A DNA stretch of 64,000 nt from an uncultured Verrucomicrobiae bacterium (GTDB taxonomy: Bacteria > Verrucomicrobiota > Verrucomicrobiia > Limisphaerales > JAFGQR01), in assembly GCA_963788655.1 (NCBI GenBank), contig CAWBHS010000057.1:224001-288000 (forward strand). Reading direction: 5' to 3'. How positions within the stretch are numbered: the first letter of the stretch is position 1; each line of letters starts with the position of its first letter. Positions 23,701-34,712 of the stretch are shown here, one piece after another. The translations under genes and the position numbers were made by a program. The notes under the pieces are model-generated. The model saw only the letters and a list, made by a program, of their open reading frames with translations, was not told where the DNA came from and ran no database searches.

Positions 23701-26700
23701 TTGGTGCCGTGGAATTGCCATTGGTAACTTAGCGGCGTGGAACCCGCGGCGCCCACCCGGAACGTGGCGGTCGATCCGACGACCACGCGCTGGTTGGCCG
23801 GCGGATTGGCAATCATGGGCGCCGTGGTCGCGTCGGTGGGCAGATAAAACACCTGATCCACCCAGGCGCGGTCCTGGCCGGCGGACTGGCTGCCATTCTT
23901 GACATACCGCCATTCCAACGTCTGGCTGCCCGAGGGCACGTCGAACAGTTGCCATTCCCAATCGACTTCACCGGAAATGCGGAGTTGCTCCGAGCCGCCC
24001 AGATAGAACCGCAATTGATCGTTGCTCGGTTCGGAAGAAACCTTCCACCAGAAACCCACCCGGCCCGGGCCGGTGACGGTGGTGCGAATCGCGTTGTTCT
24101 GGCCGTCGGTGATGGCTCCGCTTTGCGCGGCGTCCATGCCATCGTGTGCCACCGTTGGCTGTCCCACCCACACTGGAGTTCCGGTGGTGGTCCAGGTCAA
24201 GTTCGTGGTGTCAAGTGCTTGATCCAACGGCACCACCGGGGTCACCACCAGCACGGCGCCGGAACTGGCGAGGCCGCCGCCGAGACCATCCACGACTACC
24301 GTGTAGGTTCCGGCTTGTGCGGCTGGCACACTGGTCAGTCGCAGCGTGGCGGTTTTCGCCCCGCTCACGTTGCCGCCATCGGTCAGAGCGGCCCCATTCA
24401 ACTGCCATTGATAGGTCAATGGCGGCGTGCCCGTGGCGGCCACACTGAAGGTGACGGTACTGCCTTCGTTCACACTCTGGCTCGCCGGTTGGCTGGTAAT
24501 GGCCGGCGCCACCGCGGCAAATTGCACTTGATCCACCCAGCCCCGGTCTTGCCCGCCATCGGTGCTGCCGTTCTTGTAATACCGCCACTGCAAATCATGG
24601 CTGCCGGAATTCAGGTTGTAGGTCACGAGCTGCCAATCAACTTCTCCGGAAATCGTCAAGATCGAGGAGCCATCCACGTAGAATCGCAGCCGGTCGTTGC
24701 TGGGTTCCGAAGAAACTTTCCACCAAAAACTCAGCGTGCCCGGCCCGCTGATCGTGGCCTCGAGATAGGTGCTCTGGCCGCCAGTAACGGCCCCGCTCCG
24801 GGCAGCGTCCACGCCGTCATGCGCGACCGCCGCTTGCCCGGTCCACGAGGCGGAACCGGTGGTGGTCCAATTGATGTTCGCCGTGTCCAGCGCCTGGGCC
24901 AACGGCAAGACCGGAGAAACAGTCAACAGCGCGTTCTGGCTGCTGACGCTACCCATCGCATTGCTCACCGTGACCGAGTAAACCCCGCCCTGCCCCAACT
25001 GCACATTGGACAGCCGCAGGGTCGTGGTCTGCGAGCCACTCACCGAGCCGCCGTCCGCCAGGTCGGCCCCGTTGAACTGCCACCGGTAACCGAACGGCGG
25101 GGTGCCTGAGGCCGCCACACTGAAACTGACCGTCGCGCCGGCATCCACGCTCTGGCTCGCGGGTTCCTGGGTAATCGTCGGCGCCCACGGCTCGAATTGG
25201 ACACGGTCCACCCAACCGTGGTCCTGGCCGTAGGCCAGACTGCTGTTTTTGGTGTAGCGCCATTCCAACGTCTGATTGCCGGAGCCGACATCAAACGAAC
25301 GCCATTCCCAATTGACTTCGCCGGAAATACGCACCAGTTCCGAGCCGTCCGCGTAAAACCGCAAGGTGTCATTGTCCGGCTCGGAAGAAACCTTCCACCA
25401 AAAACTCACCGTGCCCGGGCCCACAACGGTGGTTTGCAACCTGGAATCTTGGCCATCGGCCACGGCGCCGCTCCCGGCAGCATCAACAAAATCGTGGGTG
25501 ACGTTGGTCTGGCAGGTCCACGCGGCGCTGCCGCTGGTAGTCCAGGCGGATTGCGGCGCGTCCACGGCATCCCACAAGGCGCATTCGCCGATCACCGTCA
25601 CCGTGGCATCCCAGTATTGGCCGGCAAGCGGTTGGGCAATCAGATCCAGCAATTCGCGGCCCACCGGTTGGTCGCACAGCACCAGGGGCGTTGGCACCGG
25701 CCCGCTGGCTTGCAACCCCAGGAAACATACTTCGACCACCGGCTGCATCCCGGCGGGAATGACCCGGCCTGCCGGCATCGCCAGCATGAAACCCACCTGA
25801 CCCGGCACCGCCGGATTGTTGCTCACACTCAGGGATGCACCCGGCGCGCCGGCACCGGGTTGCGCCGACGCAAAAGCAAGCAAAGCGGGATCAAAGCACA
25901 CACTGAAACGCAGAACATTTTCGTTGCCGTGGGCCTCCAATGTCACCGGCACACAAACCGTCTCGCCGCTGGGGATCACGGTATCTGGCACTTGCACCAA
26001 GTGGAGACCGTTGTCTTGGGAAACCAGGTAGGTCTGGCCGGCAATCTCCAAGGCACCGCTGCGCGCGGCGTTGGTATTGGCGTCCACAGTATAAACTACG
26101 CTGCCGTTGCTGAGGCCGGTCGCGCCGGAAAGGATGTTGATCCACGGGTTCGTGTTGATCACGCTCCATTGACAAGCCGGCCCGGCCGTTACCTGGAATT
26201 CGCCGGCCTCCCAGCTTTCACCGTGAATCCAACCGGTCGGAGACAGAGTGTAGGTACACGGGATTCCTGCCTGGGTCACCGTGAACGGTTGGCCAGCAAT
26301 GGTCAACTCTGCGCTACGGGACGTCACAGTCGGATTGGCCGCCACCACGTAACTCACCGTGCCGGGGCCGGGGCCGGTGGCGCCGGCGAGGATGGTGATC
26401 CAACTGCTCGGATTGACGACACTCCAGTCGCAGCCGCCGATGGTGGTCACCGCCACTTCACCGGTTTCCTGCATGTAACCGTGAACACGATTGGTCGGTG
26501 CCAGGGCGTAAGCGCAGGGCGATTGGGTCAGGGTAAACAGCTCGCCGCCAATGTCCAGCAAGCCAGTTCGCGCCGTGGCGCTGGCGTTGGGGGCCACCTG
26601 GAACGTCACGGTCCCGTTGCCGGTGCCGGTGGCTGCCGAGGTCAGGGTGATCCACGCGTTGGTATTGAGGATGGTCCAATCGCACTTGGTGTTGGCCAGC

Positions 26701-29700
26701 ACGCTCACCTGGCCGGCGCCGCCAGCGTCCGGCAGGAGTTGCGCGCTCGGCGCGATGGCCACCGAACAATTGGTACCCCATTGGCTCATGGCGAACACCT
26801 GGTCGGCGACCACCAAGTTGCCGGTGCGCATCCGGGCGCTCTGATTATCCGTGACGGAATAGCCAATGGTGGTGTTGCCCACACCACTGGTAGCGGAAGT
26901 GATGGTGATCCAATTGTTGGTATTGTCCACCGTCCAAGAGACAAGGATCTTTGGTGTAAAGATTGATCGTGCCGGTCGAAGCGCCGTAGCCATGAAAGCG
27001 ATTGGTCGGCGACAACGAGTAGGTGCAGGCCACGCCCAATTGGGTAATCGGGAACATGTCTGGTCACCGATGAACACTGCGCCTGCCCGCGGGCTGGTCG
27101 TCGGATTATCGGCCACCGCGTAGGCGACCTGCCCGCTGCCGGTGCCGGTCGCCCCGGAGAGAATCGTGATCCAACTATTCGTGGAGGAAGCCGTCCAATT
27201 GCAATTACCGCCGGTGACTTCCACGCTCCCACTGGTTGCTCCGTAGCCGTGGACCCGATCCTGCGGGGACAACTCGACCGGACAAAGGGTGACTTTTACG
27301 GCCACCGGAGCGGAAACCGCTTCGGCACCCGCCGGATCGGCAACCCGGGCCCGGACCAACCGGCTGCCAAGGGTCTGGTAACGGTTGGTGTAAAAGAGAC
27401 TCTGCACCGGCGGGGTGTCAAAATAGCCGTCGCCGTTGAGATCCCATTCGACTTCAATCAGGGACGAACTGTGCTCCGGATCCGTGGTGCCCGAGGCGTC
27501 GAAAACCACCTCCTCACCCAAGGCGGGCGTGGCCGGAGTGATTTTGATGATCGGCCAGGGCGCATGGTTCACCACCGGCGTCAATTGGATCGTGGTGCTG
27601 ACGCTCCGCTGGTTGCCCTGGCGGTCCAGGACGGTGACCGTATAGTCGTTGGCCTGCGCCGGATTGTAGAACGGCGTGCTGAACGTCCGGGTTACGTTGG
27701 TGCCCGTGAGCACCATTTCGTCCACGAGCGTCCACTCAAAATTTTCGTTCCAGGACAGCAGCGCCGCCGACAGTCCCCCGACATCCGCAGCGGTAAAAGT
27801 GATTTGCACGACGCCCCGCACGGGGGCATTGGTGCCCGCGGTGATCACCGTCACATTGGGCTTGGTATCGTCGGTGACCAGCGTGCCCGGGTTGAAGAAG
27901 GGATGGACGTTCAAGGCCAACGCGGCTCCGTAGGACAACCGGGTGTAGTTGAAGGGATACAGGCGGGAAAAAAGCGCGCCCCGGATTCCCCGAAAGCCAT
28001 GGCCCATCAGATTGCCGTTGAAGTTCTCGTCGTTGCGATAATCGTGAATCAGCCCGAACGCCTCCGCCAGGTGCTGCATGCCGCCGCCCAACGCGGCCGA
28101 ACTGATGCTGCTCAGCGAGGTGCCTTCATACCAGGAGAAGGATACGTCCTGTTTGAGCGGATAGGGGCCGAGCTCCGGCAGGACCAGATTGTTGTAAATG
28201 ACATTGTTCGTCAAGTAGGCCGGCAGGCAGCGGATCAGGGAATCGCTGCCCATCATGGCCCACCCGGCATTCCGGCTGGAATCGCCATAATTGTCGGCCG
28301 CATCCAGTTTCCCAGAGATGAAACCGTCACTGTTCTCGACATGGGTTTCGGGGACCATCCACCACACTTCGCCGGACGCACCCACTGACAGTCCGGCGGC
28401 CTGCACCGCATCCACGACCCGCTGGCCGGTGATGTCGCCCCGCAAATAGCTGTCCGTTTGGGGCAAATGCACCGTGTGGATCAGGGGCGTCACCCCATCG
28501 GCCTCCGTCTCGAACCCGAAGGTCTTCGGGCCAAATCCATTCCGTTCCATCTGCTCGCGAAACCAGTCGCGGTAAAGCTGGATCGCGTTTTGGAGGCTGG
28601 CCACGGCATTGCTCTGGGCCACCCGGTTGGTCGGGATCAAGTAAGCCACCCGCACCAACGCGGCGTTGAATCCAGCAGCAACGTCAATCGCGACGATGTT
28701 GGTGGCCACCGTGTAATGCTCCAGGTCATTGGGCGTGAAGATGACGGTTAACAACTGGTTGTTCCCCACGGGCAACACGGTGCCGACCGGGGGCGTATAA
28801 GCGAAGGAGCCCGGCACGTTGGCGGTGGCATTGAGTTGAAGGTCGCTCAACGGTGTCCCGCTCATGATGGCGGCCGGTTTGGCCCAGGTAATAATGGGCA
28901 CCACCTTGCCCCCGCTGGTGACGTTGATGGTGACGCTCTGCATGGCGGCAAGGTAATTCACACTGTCGGCCGGGGTGAAGGTCACTGACAAGATTTGGCC
29001 GCTGCCGGCGCTCAAAACGGTGCCCGCCGGCGGGGTATAAACAAACGTGCCCGGGACGTTGGCGGTGGCGTTGAGTTGCTCCACGCTCAAGGCGATCCCG
29101 TTGGTAATATCGGCCGGGGGCGCCCAGGTAATGACGGGCAGCGCCGGCGACACATTAATTGCCACGCTCTTGGTGGCGATCACGTAATTGCCGGAGTCTG
29201 CCGGCGTGAACGTGGCGGTGAGGGTCTGCCCATTGCCGGCGTTGAGCAGGGTTCCCGGGAGCGGATTGTAACCAAACACGCCCGGGACATTTGCCGTGGC
29301 ATTGAGCTGGGCCGCGCCCAACTGCGTTCCGTAGGTGATGGCCGCGGGATTGGCCCAAGTGATCGCCGGCATGGCTTTCAGCACGTTGATGGTCACGGTC
29401 TGCGTGACTACCGAATATTGGTTGGTATCTTGCGGCGTGAAGACGACCGACAAGGTCTGGCCGTTGCCGGCGTTCAACGTGGTGCCGACCGGCGGCGTAT
29501 AAACGAACGCACCCGCCACGTTGGCCTTGGCTTTGAGTTGGGCGTCGCTCAATGCGGTACCATAAGTGATGTCGTTCGGGTCGTACCAGTTCACCAGCGT
29601 GCCGGCGGTCCGCAGCCATAGCGGCCCCACGTCCACGGCCGCCAACGGCGGGTTGGTGATAGCCGCGGCGGACAATTGATCGCAGCCCACGTCTTTGGCC

Positions 29701-31103
29701 GCCGGCCGGAACTGGCCTTCCATATCCACCGTTACGTAATCATAATTCCCCTGGGCGGCGCCGAGTGCGGGACTGTTGGTGGCGGGACGCCACAGGCCGT
29801 CGGGGGCCAACTCCAGCAATGGATCGACCATGGTGATGCCGCTGTTGGGCGGAATGCGCAGGGTGGCGCCATACATGATGTTGCCCTGCCAGAACATGTT
29901 CACCGGCTCGAGACGCTGGTCCACAAGCTTGTTGGTGGTGTAAACGACATTGTTGGCAATCGTGCAATCCAACGGCGGGAGCGTCGTCGTTTCCGAGGTG
30001 CCGGTCAGCGTCGCCTCCAGCCCGATCAGGATGCTGTCATCGCAGTTGACAAACGTGTTGAAAGCCACGGTGGCACGTTTGACCTGCAAGTAACCGTTCT
30101 GAGGACTGTTGATCAATCCCTGCATCAGGGCCAGAGAGGCGTGCGACGCCGAGCCGGTCAGGTCCACGAAATAGTTGTCATAGATTTTATGGTCCTCGCC
30201 GCACACCCGGACCCCACCGGTAAGCGGTTTACCGTTACCAAAGAAGTAATTGCCCTCGACGACGGAGCCGTTGCCATGACGCAAGGTCAGGGCACCTTCG
30301 CATTCGAAGAAGGTGTTGCCGCGATAGGTGTTTTCGCCGGACTTGCCCGAGACCACTTCGACATCACCGTCGCACTGCTCGAAGAAATTGTACTCCACCA
30401 GGGCGCGGGAAAGGTTCAGCGACACGTCGCTGGTGCCAATGCGGATGGTTTCCCCGCCGTTGCGTCCCAGGGGCGGCCGCGGGCCGAAATGATTGTGGTC
30501 GATGCGATGGTAATTGGGATGGTCCGGCTGGCTGTCCACCCACACCACGAAGGTGGTGCCGCCATTGTTCTTGCCTTTGAAGTAGCAGTGGTCCACCCGG
30601 TTGCTGGTGCCATACAGCGACACCCAGAGGGTTTCCAAACTGGGATCCGCCGGGTTATAATCGATGATGGCGCACTCGGTCAGCCGACAATTGTTGGCCA
30701 CCGAGATCGTGGATTCGCGGAAGGAGATGACTTCATCGGACGTCACGAAGCCGTTTACGAATTGCAGGCCATCGACCACCAGGTAGCTGCCCGCCAGGCG
30801 AAGCCGGGATGTGCCGCTCAGGATCACCTGGCCGGGCGTTTGCGCTCGCAGCGTAATGGGATTGGCCGCGGTGCCATTGGCTTTGAACAGGATGTCCGCG
30901 TTCTGCCAGACCCCATCGCGCATAATCAGAGTGTCGCCCGGCCGGGCGAACAACAAGGTCACGGAAAGGTCCGCCACACTCGTCACCAAAAACTCGGTGC
31001 CCCGTGCCACTCCGCTCAGCATTAGTAAGGCAAGCAGCAGGCACCAGCCGCGACCGCGGCGAAGCATTGCCCCATAAGACTTCTCTCGACTCAACACATT
31101 CAT
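14711..31103 (-). CDS. Giant secreted modular protein (~5,460 aa): PL6 (chondroitinase B/alginate lyase) domain, 4 ITW..ITYG repeats, degenerate zincin domain, PKD, 5 BACON, cohesin-like, 14 FWWKVSSE beta-sandwich modules alternating with Ig I-set, RFY tail; about 7 frameshifts
   Basis: Joins ORFs 22935..31211, 26845..27057, 21199..23448, 20520..21347, 19844..20758, 19540..19944 and 14711..19513. Repeat register continues across breaks at ~27057/26940, ~23203, ~21390, ~20690, ~19900 and ~19545. PL6 motifs GGETIRIGTS, EVVSGKS and LTLRHG, with Lys and Arg 21 residues apart as in PL6 lyases. Signal peptide ...WCLLLALLMLSGVARG. Confidence 0.8.
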
Positions 31104-31142
31104 AGTACTTCCATTCAAATTCATCGGACGCACACAGCCGTC

Positions 31143-31168
31143 CGGGAGGTCGTCCAATTGACCTCCCG
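31143..31168. other. Intergenic hairpin (perfect 9-bp stem) between algG-like gene and giant lyase gene
   Basis: CGGGAGGTC-N8-GACCTCCCG. Confidence 0.6.
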
Positions 31169-31236
31169 AACACACTGCTTCATAGGGAAAAATTCCACGG
31201 CGAAACTTCATATAGGTTTTCAGGTCAGGGATCCGG

Positions 31237-33139
31237 TCATGGTCGGATATAGTATTCGATCATACCGGGCTGAACTGCGCTGTCCTTGTAACTGACCACA
31301 CCGGCGCTGTTGGATTTGACGCTCGAAGACACTCCATTTCTGAGCAAGGTGTAAGACGTGCTCGGCGCGAGATCCCCGACGGTGTAAGAGATGCTGTGGG
31401 TGGAGGAACCCGCCTGCACCACCCAGCCCTTGCTCAGGTCGCCGCTCATGTTCCAGATGTTGATCCCCAGTAGGGCGACCCCGGCATCCGGCACCGCTTG
31501 AAAATTTCGCGTGACCACGGTCGAGGTTTTGCTGATTTGCGCCGAGTTCAACGTCAGCGAACTCTTGGTCGGCGAGAGCGTGGTGGCCAAGCCGTCCTCT
31601 TCGGGATCGAAAACGTGCCCCTGGAGATCCTCGAAGTAGGCCGAACTATATACATCCAGTTGCAGGTGGACGGTGGGTTGATCGGCGATGGTAATACTGC
31701 CGGCGAAATTGGGGCTGCCCTCGGCACGGACCGTTTCTTCGTCGGGAATCAAGTTGCCCTGAAGCCGGTTACGCTGGCCATTGACAAACCATAACAGACC
31801 ATAGTTTTGCGTGAACAGGTTCCCCTGGAAAACGTTATCGTCGCTTTCCTTGAGAAAGATGCCCCGGCCCCGATTGCCGTGAACCACATTGTTGAGAAAC
31901 CGGTTGCGCTTGTTGCGGCCATCAAAGTCCGGCCGCGGCGGATCGCTGCCGCGATAAAGATAGATCCCGTAGTTACTGCCGAAGGAAAGACTCGTTGTCA
32001 TCCGCCTCGTTGTCCAGACAGCCGACGCTCAGACGGATGCCGCTCTTGTAGTTGTACCAACAGGTATTGTGGCGAATCAACGTCCGGCTGGTTTCGAAGA
32101 TGCCAATCCCCGAATCCCCATTGTGCAAGCAGGCGTTCTGCTCGACCAGCGAATCGTTGCAACTGCGGTGCAGCATGATGCCGTTGCCACCGTTGTTCCA
32201 CGAGGTGTTGTAGCGGATGGTCAGGTGGTCGCAGCGCTGGGAAGCGATGATGCCGTGCGTGCCGTTGTGGTGAACATTGTTGTTCTCGATCACCAGCAAA
32301 TCCGAATCGTCGTGCGGGTCGAACCCGTAGGCCACATTGTGATCCACCTCATTATCCATCATGCGCATGGCATAGGCGCCAAAACTGTACATGCCGAAAT
32401 AATTATGATGAATTCGGCTGCGGAGGATGTCGCCGTAAACCTCGACCAAGTCGTACAGGTCGGGTTGCAGCGTGGGATCCCCAAGGACTTTCCAAACCAT
32501 CCCGTACGCCTCCGCCCCATGAAAACCCAAGTAGCCAATGTCGCTATCAATGACATCCATTCGCGATTCGTGGGGGGTGACCCCGTCCGGATCGAGACTG
32601 GACCGCACCCGGATAAACGCGCGGCCGAAAGCGTAGTATTCCTGGTCGGGACCATTCGCGGCATCGTCCCACGACGTGATCGCAGTGCTCCGGATGTCGA
32701 TGGTGCCATAGTCGGCGGTGACGACGACGTAACTATTTTCGGCCGCCGAGTTGTTGCTTTGCAGCCGCAACTCGTTGACGTTGCCCCCGATCTTGGTGCC
32801 GTGCAGTAACAACGTGGCGCCATTCTCCAACTGGAGATTGGCCCGCAGATGCCAGACCGCCGGCGCAACCTGGACCAGCGGCGCCTTGGGCAGGGCTGCT
32901 TTCACCTCACTCAACGTCGCCGCGCCGGGCCCCGTGATGTAGATGCGGTAGGAGGAACTGGACCAGCGGAACGTCGTTCCAAAGGCTGAGGGCGACCAGA
33001 ACAGCAGCAACAGCAACGGCAGCCACGCGGCCCGACCCCGCGCCGCGGGCCATCGCGGACGGTCGCGGTCGCGCTCGCCCACGCTGAAGTCTCGCCGCAC
33101 GGCTGCGGGTCTCCACCGAGTGGTTAACAACGTTTGCAT
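31237..33139 (-). CDS. algG: AlgG-like mannuronan C5-epimerase (right-handed beta-helix) with extra C-terminal beta domain; one frameshift at ~31990
   Basis: Joins 31973..33139 and 31237..32001. Signal peptide, YLGF...YG motif, catalytic-type YGFDPHDDS, HGII, and NosD-like N..xGI repeats. Directly downstream of algD. Confidence 0.75.
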
Positions 33140-33186
33140 AGGATTACTGCTGATCCGGCACCGTTTGTCTCGTTCCTGAAACCGTC

Positions 33187-34560
33187 TTAAGCGGCGCCCA
33201 CGGTCTCCGTCTCTTCTACGTCCACTTGGGCCTCGGGCTTTAAGCGTTTTTTCGCTTCGATGATCCGTTTCACGAGATGGTTCTTGCCCCGCAGATCGGC
33301 GATGATCGGTCGTTTGCCCATCTGGACGACCCGGTCCAGCAGTGCTTCGTCGTCCCGAGTAATCACCAAAACCTCAGAGTGTTCGATTAATTCATCCAAG
33401 CTGTTCACCGTGCGGCTCGACAGATGGGGGATGTGTTTTTCGATGTAATCCCGGTTGGTGCCCGCGATCATCGAAGTTGCAATCGCCGAATCATGGATCT
33501 TCACGTCGTACCCCTTGCCAATGAGGTTTTCGGCAATCAGCACAATCGGGCTTTCGCGCAAGTCGTCGGTGCCTGATTTGAACGCCAGGCCATTCAGGCC
33601 GATCCGCAAGTGACCGTTCTTCGGCACCGCGTCCATCGCTCGCTTCAAGTGGGCTTCATTGCTGGCCAGGACGCCCCGCATCAGCGGCAGGTCCACGCCA
33701 TTACGGTTGCCGACCTGCACGAGCATGCGCAAGTCCTTGGGCAGGCAAGAACCGCCGAAGGGAAGTCCGGGCCGTAAATACGCCGGTGAAACGTTCAGCT
33801 TGCGATCCATCACGAAGTGCTTCATCAAGGAATGGCCGTCCACGGAAAGCGCCGAACAGAGCGAGCCGACTTCGTTCGCAAAAGCCACCTTGAGGGCATG
33901 AAAGGCGTTGCAGACCGCTTTCAAGGTTTCGGCCTCGCGCAGCGGAATCCACACCAGCGGATCCTTGATGCCGCCAAACAGCGCTTCAATGGTCTCCCGG
34001 TTGTCGTCCGGTTGGCCGCTCGCACTGCCGACGACAATAAAGGGCGGATCATTGTAATCCGCGATGGCCGAGCCTTCGCGCAGGAATTCCGGCACCACCA
34101 CCAGGTCGCTCTCTTGGAACAGCGCCGACGCCGGGCTGTTCGGGTGCAGCGCCGGGAAGACGACGTTCTCCGCCGTGCCCGCCGGCACCGTGCTGCGCAG
34201 GATCACCACATGCCGATCCAGCTTCTCTGGCAGGGCGGAACCAATCAGTCTGGCCGTTTGCTTGAGCGCCACCAAATCAAGGCTGCCGTCGGGACCGGTC
34301 GGCGTCCCCACACAGATAATGGAGGCGTCGGTCGTCAAGACCGCCGCCCGGCCATTGGTGGTCGCGGTCAGCCGCCCTTGGCGGTGGGCCTCGGCAATCA
34401 ATTCATCGATGCCGGTTTCCACGACGGTAGGCCGTCCGGAAGCGAGTTTTTCCACTTTGTCAGGGAGGACATCTACTCCAATGACCTCATGCCCGTTTTT
34501 GGCCAGGCACGCCGCCGTCACGCAACCCACGTAGCCCAGACCGAATATGCTGACTTTCAT
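33187..34560 (-). CDS. algD: GDP-mannose 6-dehydrogenase (nucleotide-sugar dehydrogenase)
   Basis: MKVSIFGLGYVG..CLAKNGHEVIGVDV, PEFLREG, YLRPGLPFGGSCLPKD (catalytic Cys), GLAFKSGTDDLRESP and GTNRDYIEKHIPHLS all match AlgD-type motifs. The ORF track offers upstream starts to 34599. Confidence 0.85.
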   Translation of the reverse strand: MKVSIFGLGYVGCVTAACLAKNGHEVIGVDVLPDKVEKLASGRPTVVETGIDELIAEAHRQGRLTATTNGRAAVLTTDASIICVGTPTGPDGSLDLVALKQTARLIGSALPEKLDRHVVILRSTVPAGTAENVVFPALHPNSPASALFQESDLVVVPEFLREGSAIADYNDPPFIVVGSASGQPDDNRETIEALFGGIKDPLVWIPLREAETLKAVCNAFHALKVAFANEVGSLCSALSVDGHSLMKHFVMDRKLNVSPAYLRPGLPFGGSCLPKDLRMLVQVGNRNGVDLPLMRGVLASNEAHLKRAMDAVPKNGHLRIGLNGLAFKSGTDDLRESPIVLIAENLIGKGYDVKIHDSAIATSMIAGTNRDYIEKHIPHLSSRTVNSLDELIEHSEVLVITRDDEALLDRVVQMGKRPIIADLRGKNHLVKRIIEAKKRLKPEAQVDVEETETVGAA

Positions 34561-34712
34561 AATGTTTCTTTCCATTACCTTTCGTTCGTTAGTGTTCATC
34601 TATTTCCCCGTCTATGTATAATTAACCGGTTGGGATTACCTACCATGTTGCGGGGACAGCCACCATGGGAACAACTACTTCGGCCCATCACTGTATTTCT
34701 ACGATCACCCCC

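Noticed and set aside
864..25600. Periodic repeats as a CRISPR array or DGR template/variable repeats
   Set aside because: The repeats are in-frame protein domains (258 or ~680 bp). No cas or reverse transcriptase gene is present, and no adenine-specific divergence was noticed.
14711..27100. Programmed frameshifting or phase variation in the giant gene
   Set aside because: The breaks lack slippery heptamers or long SSRs, and the same indel type hits housekeeping genes.
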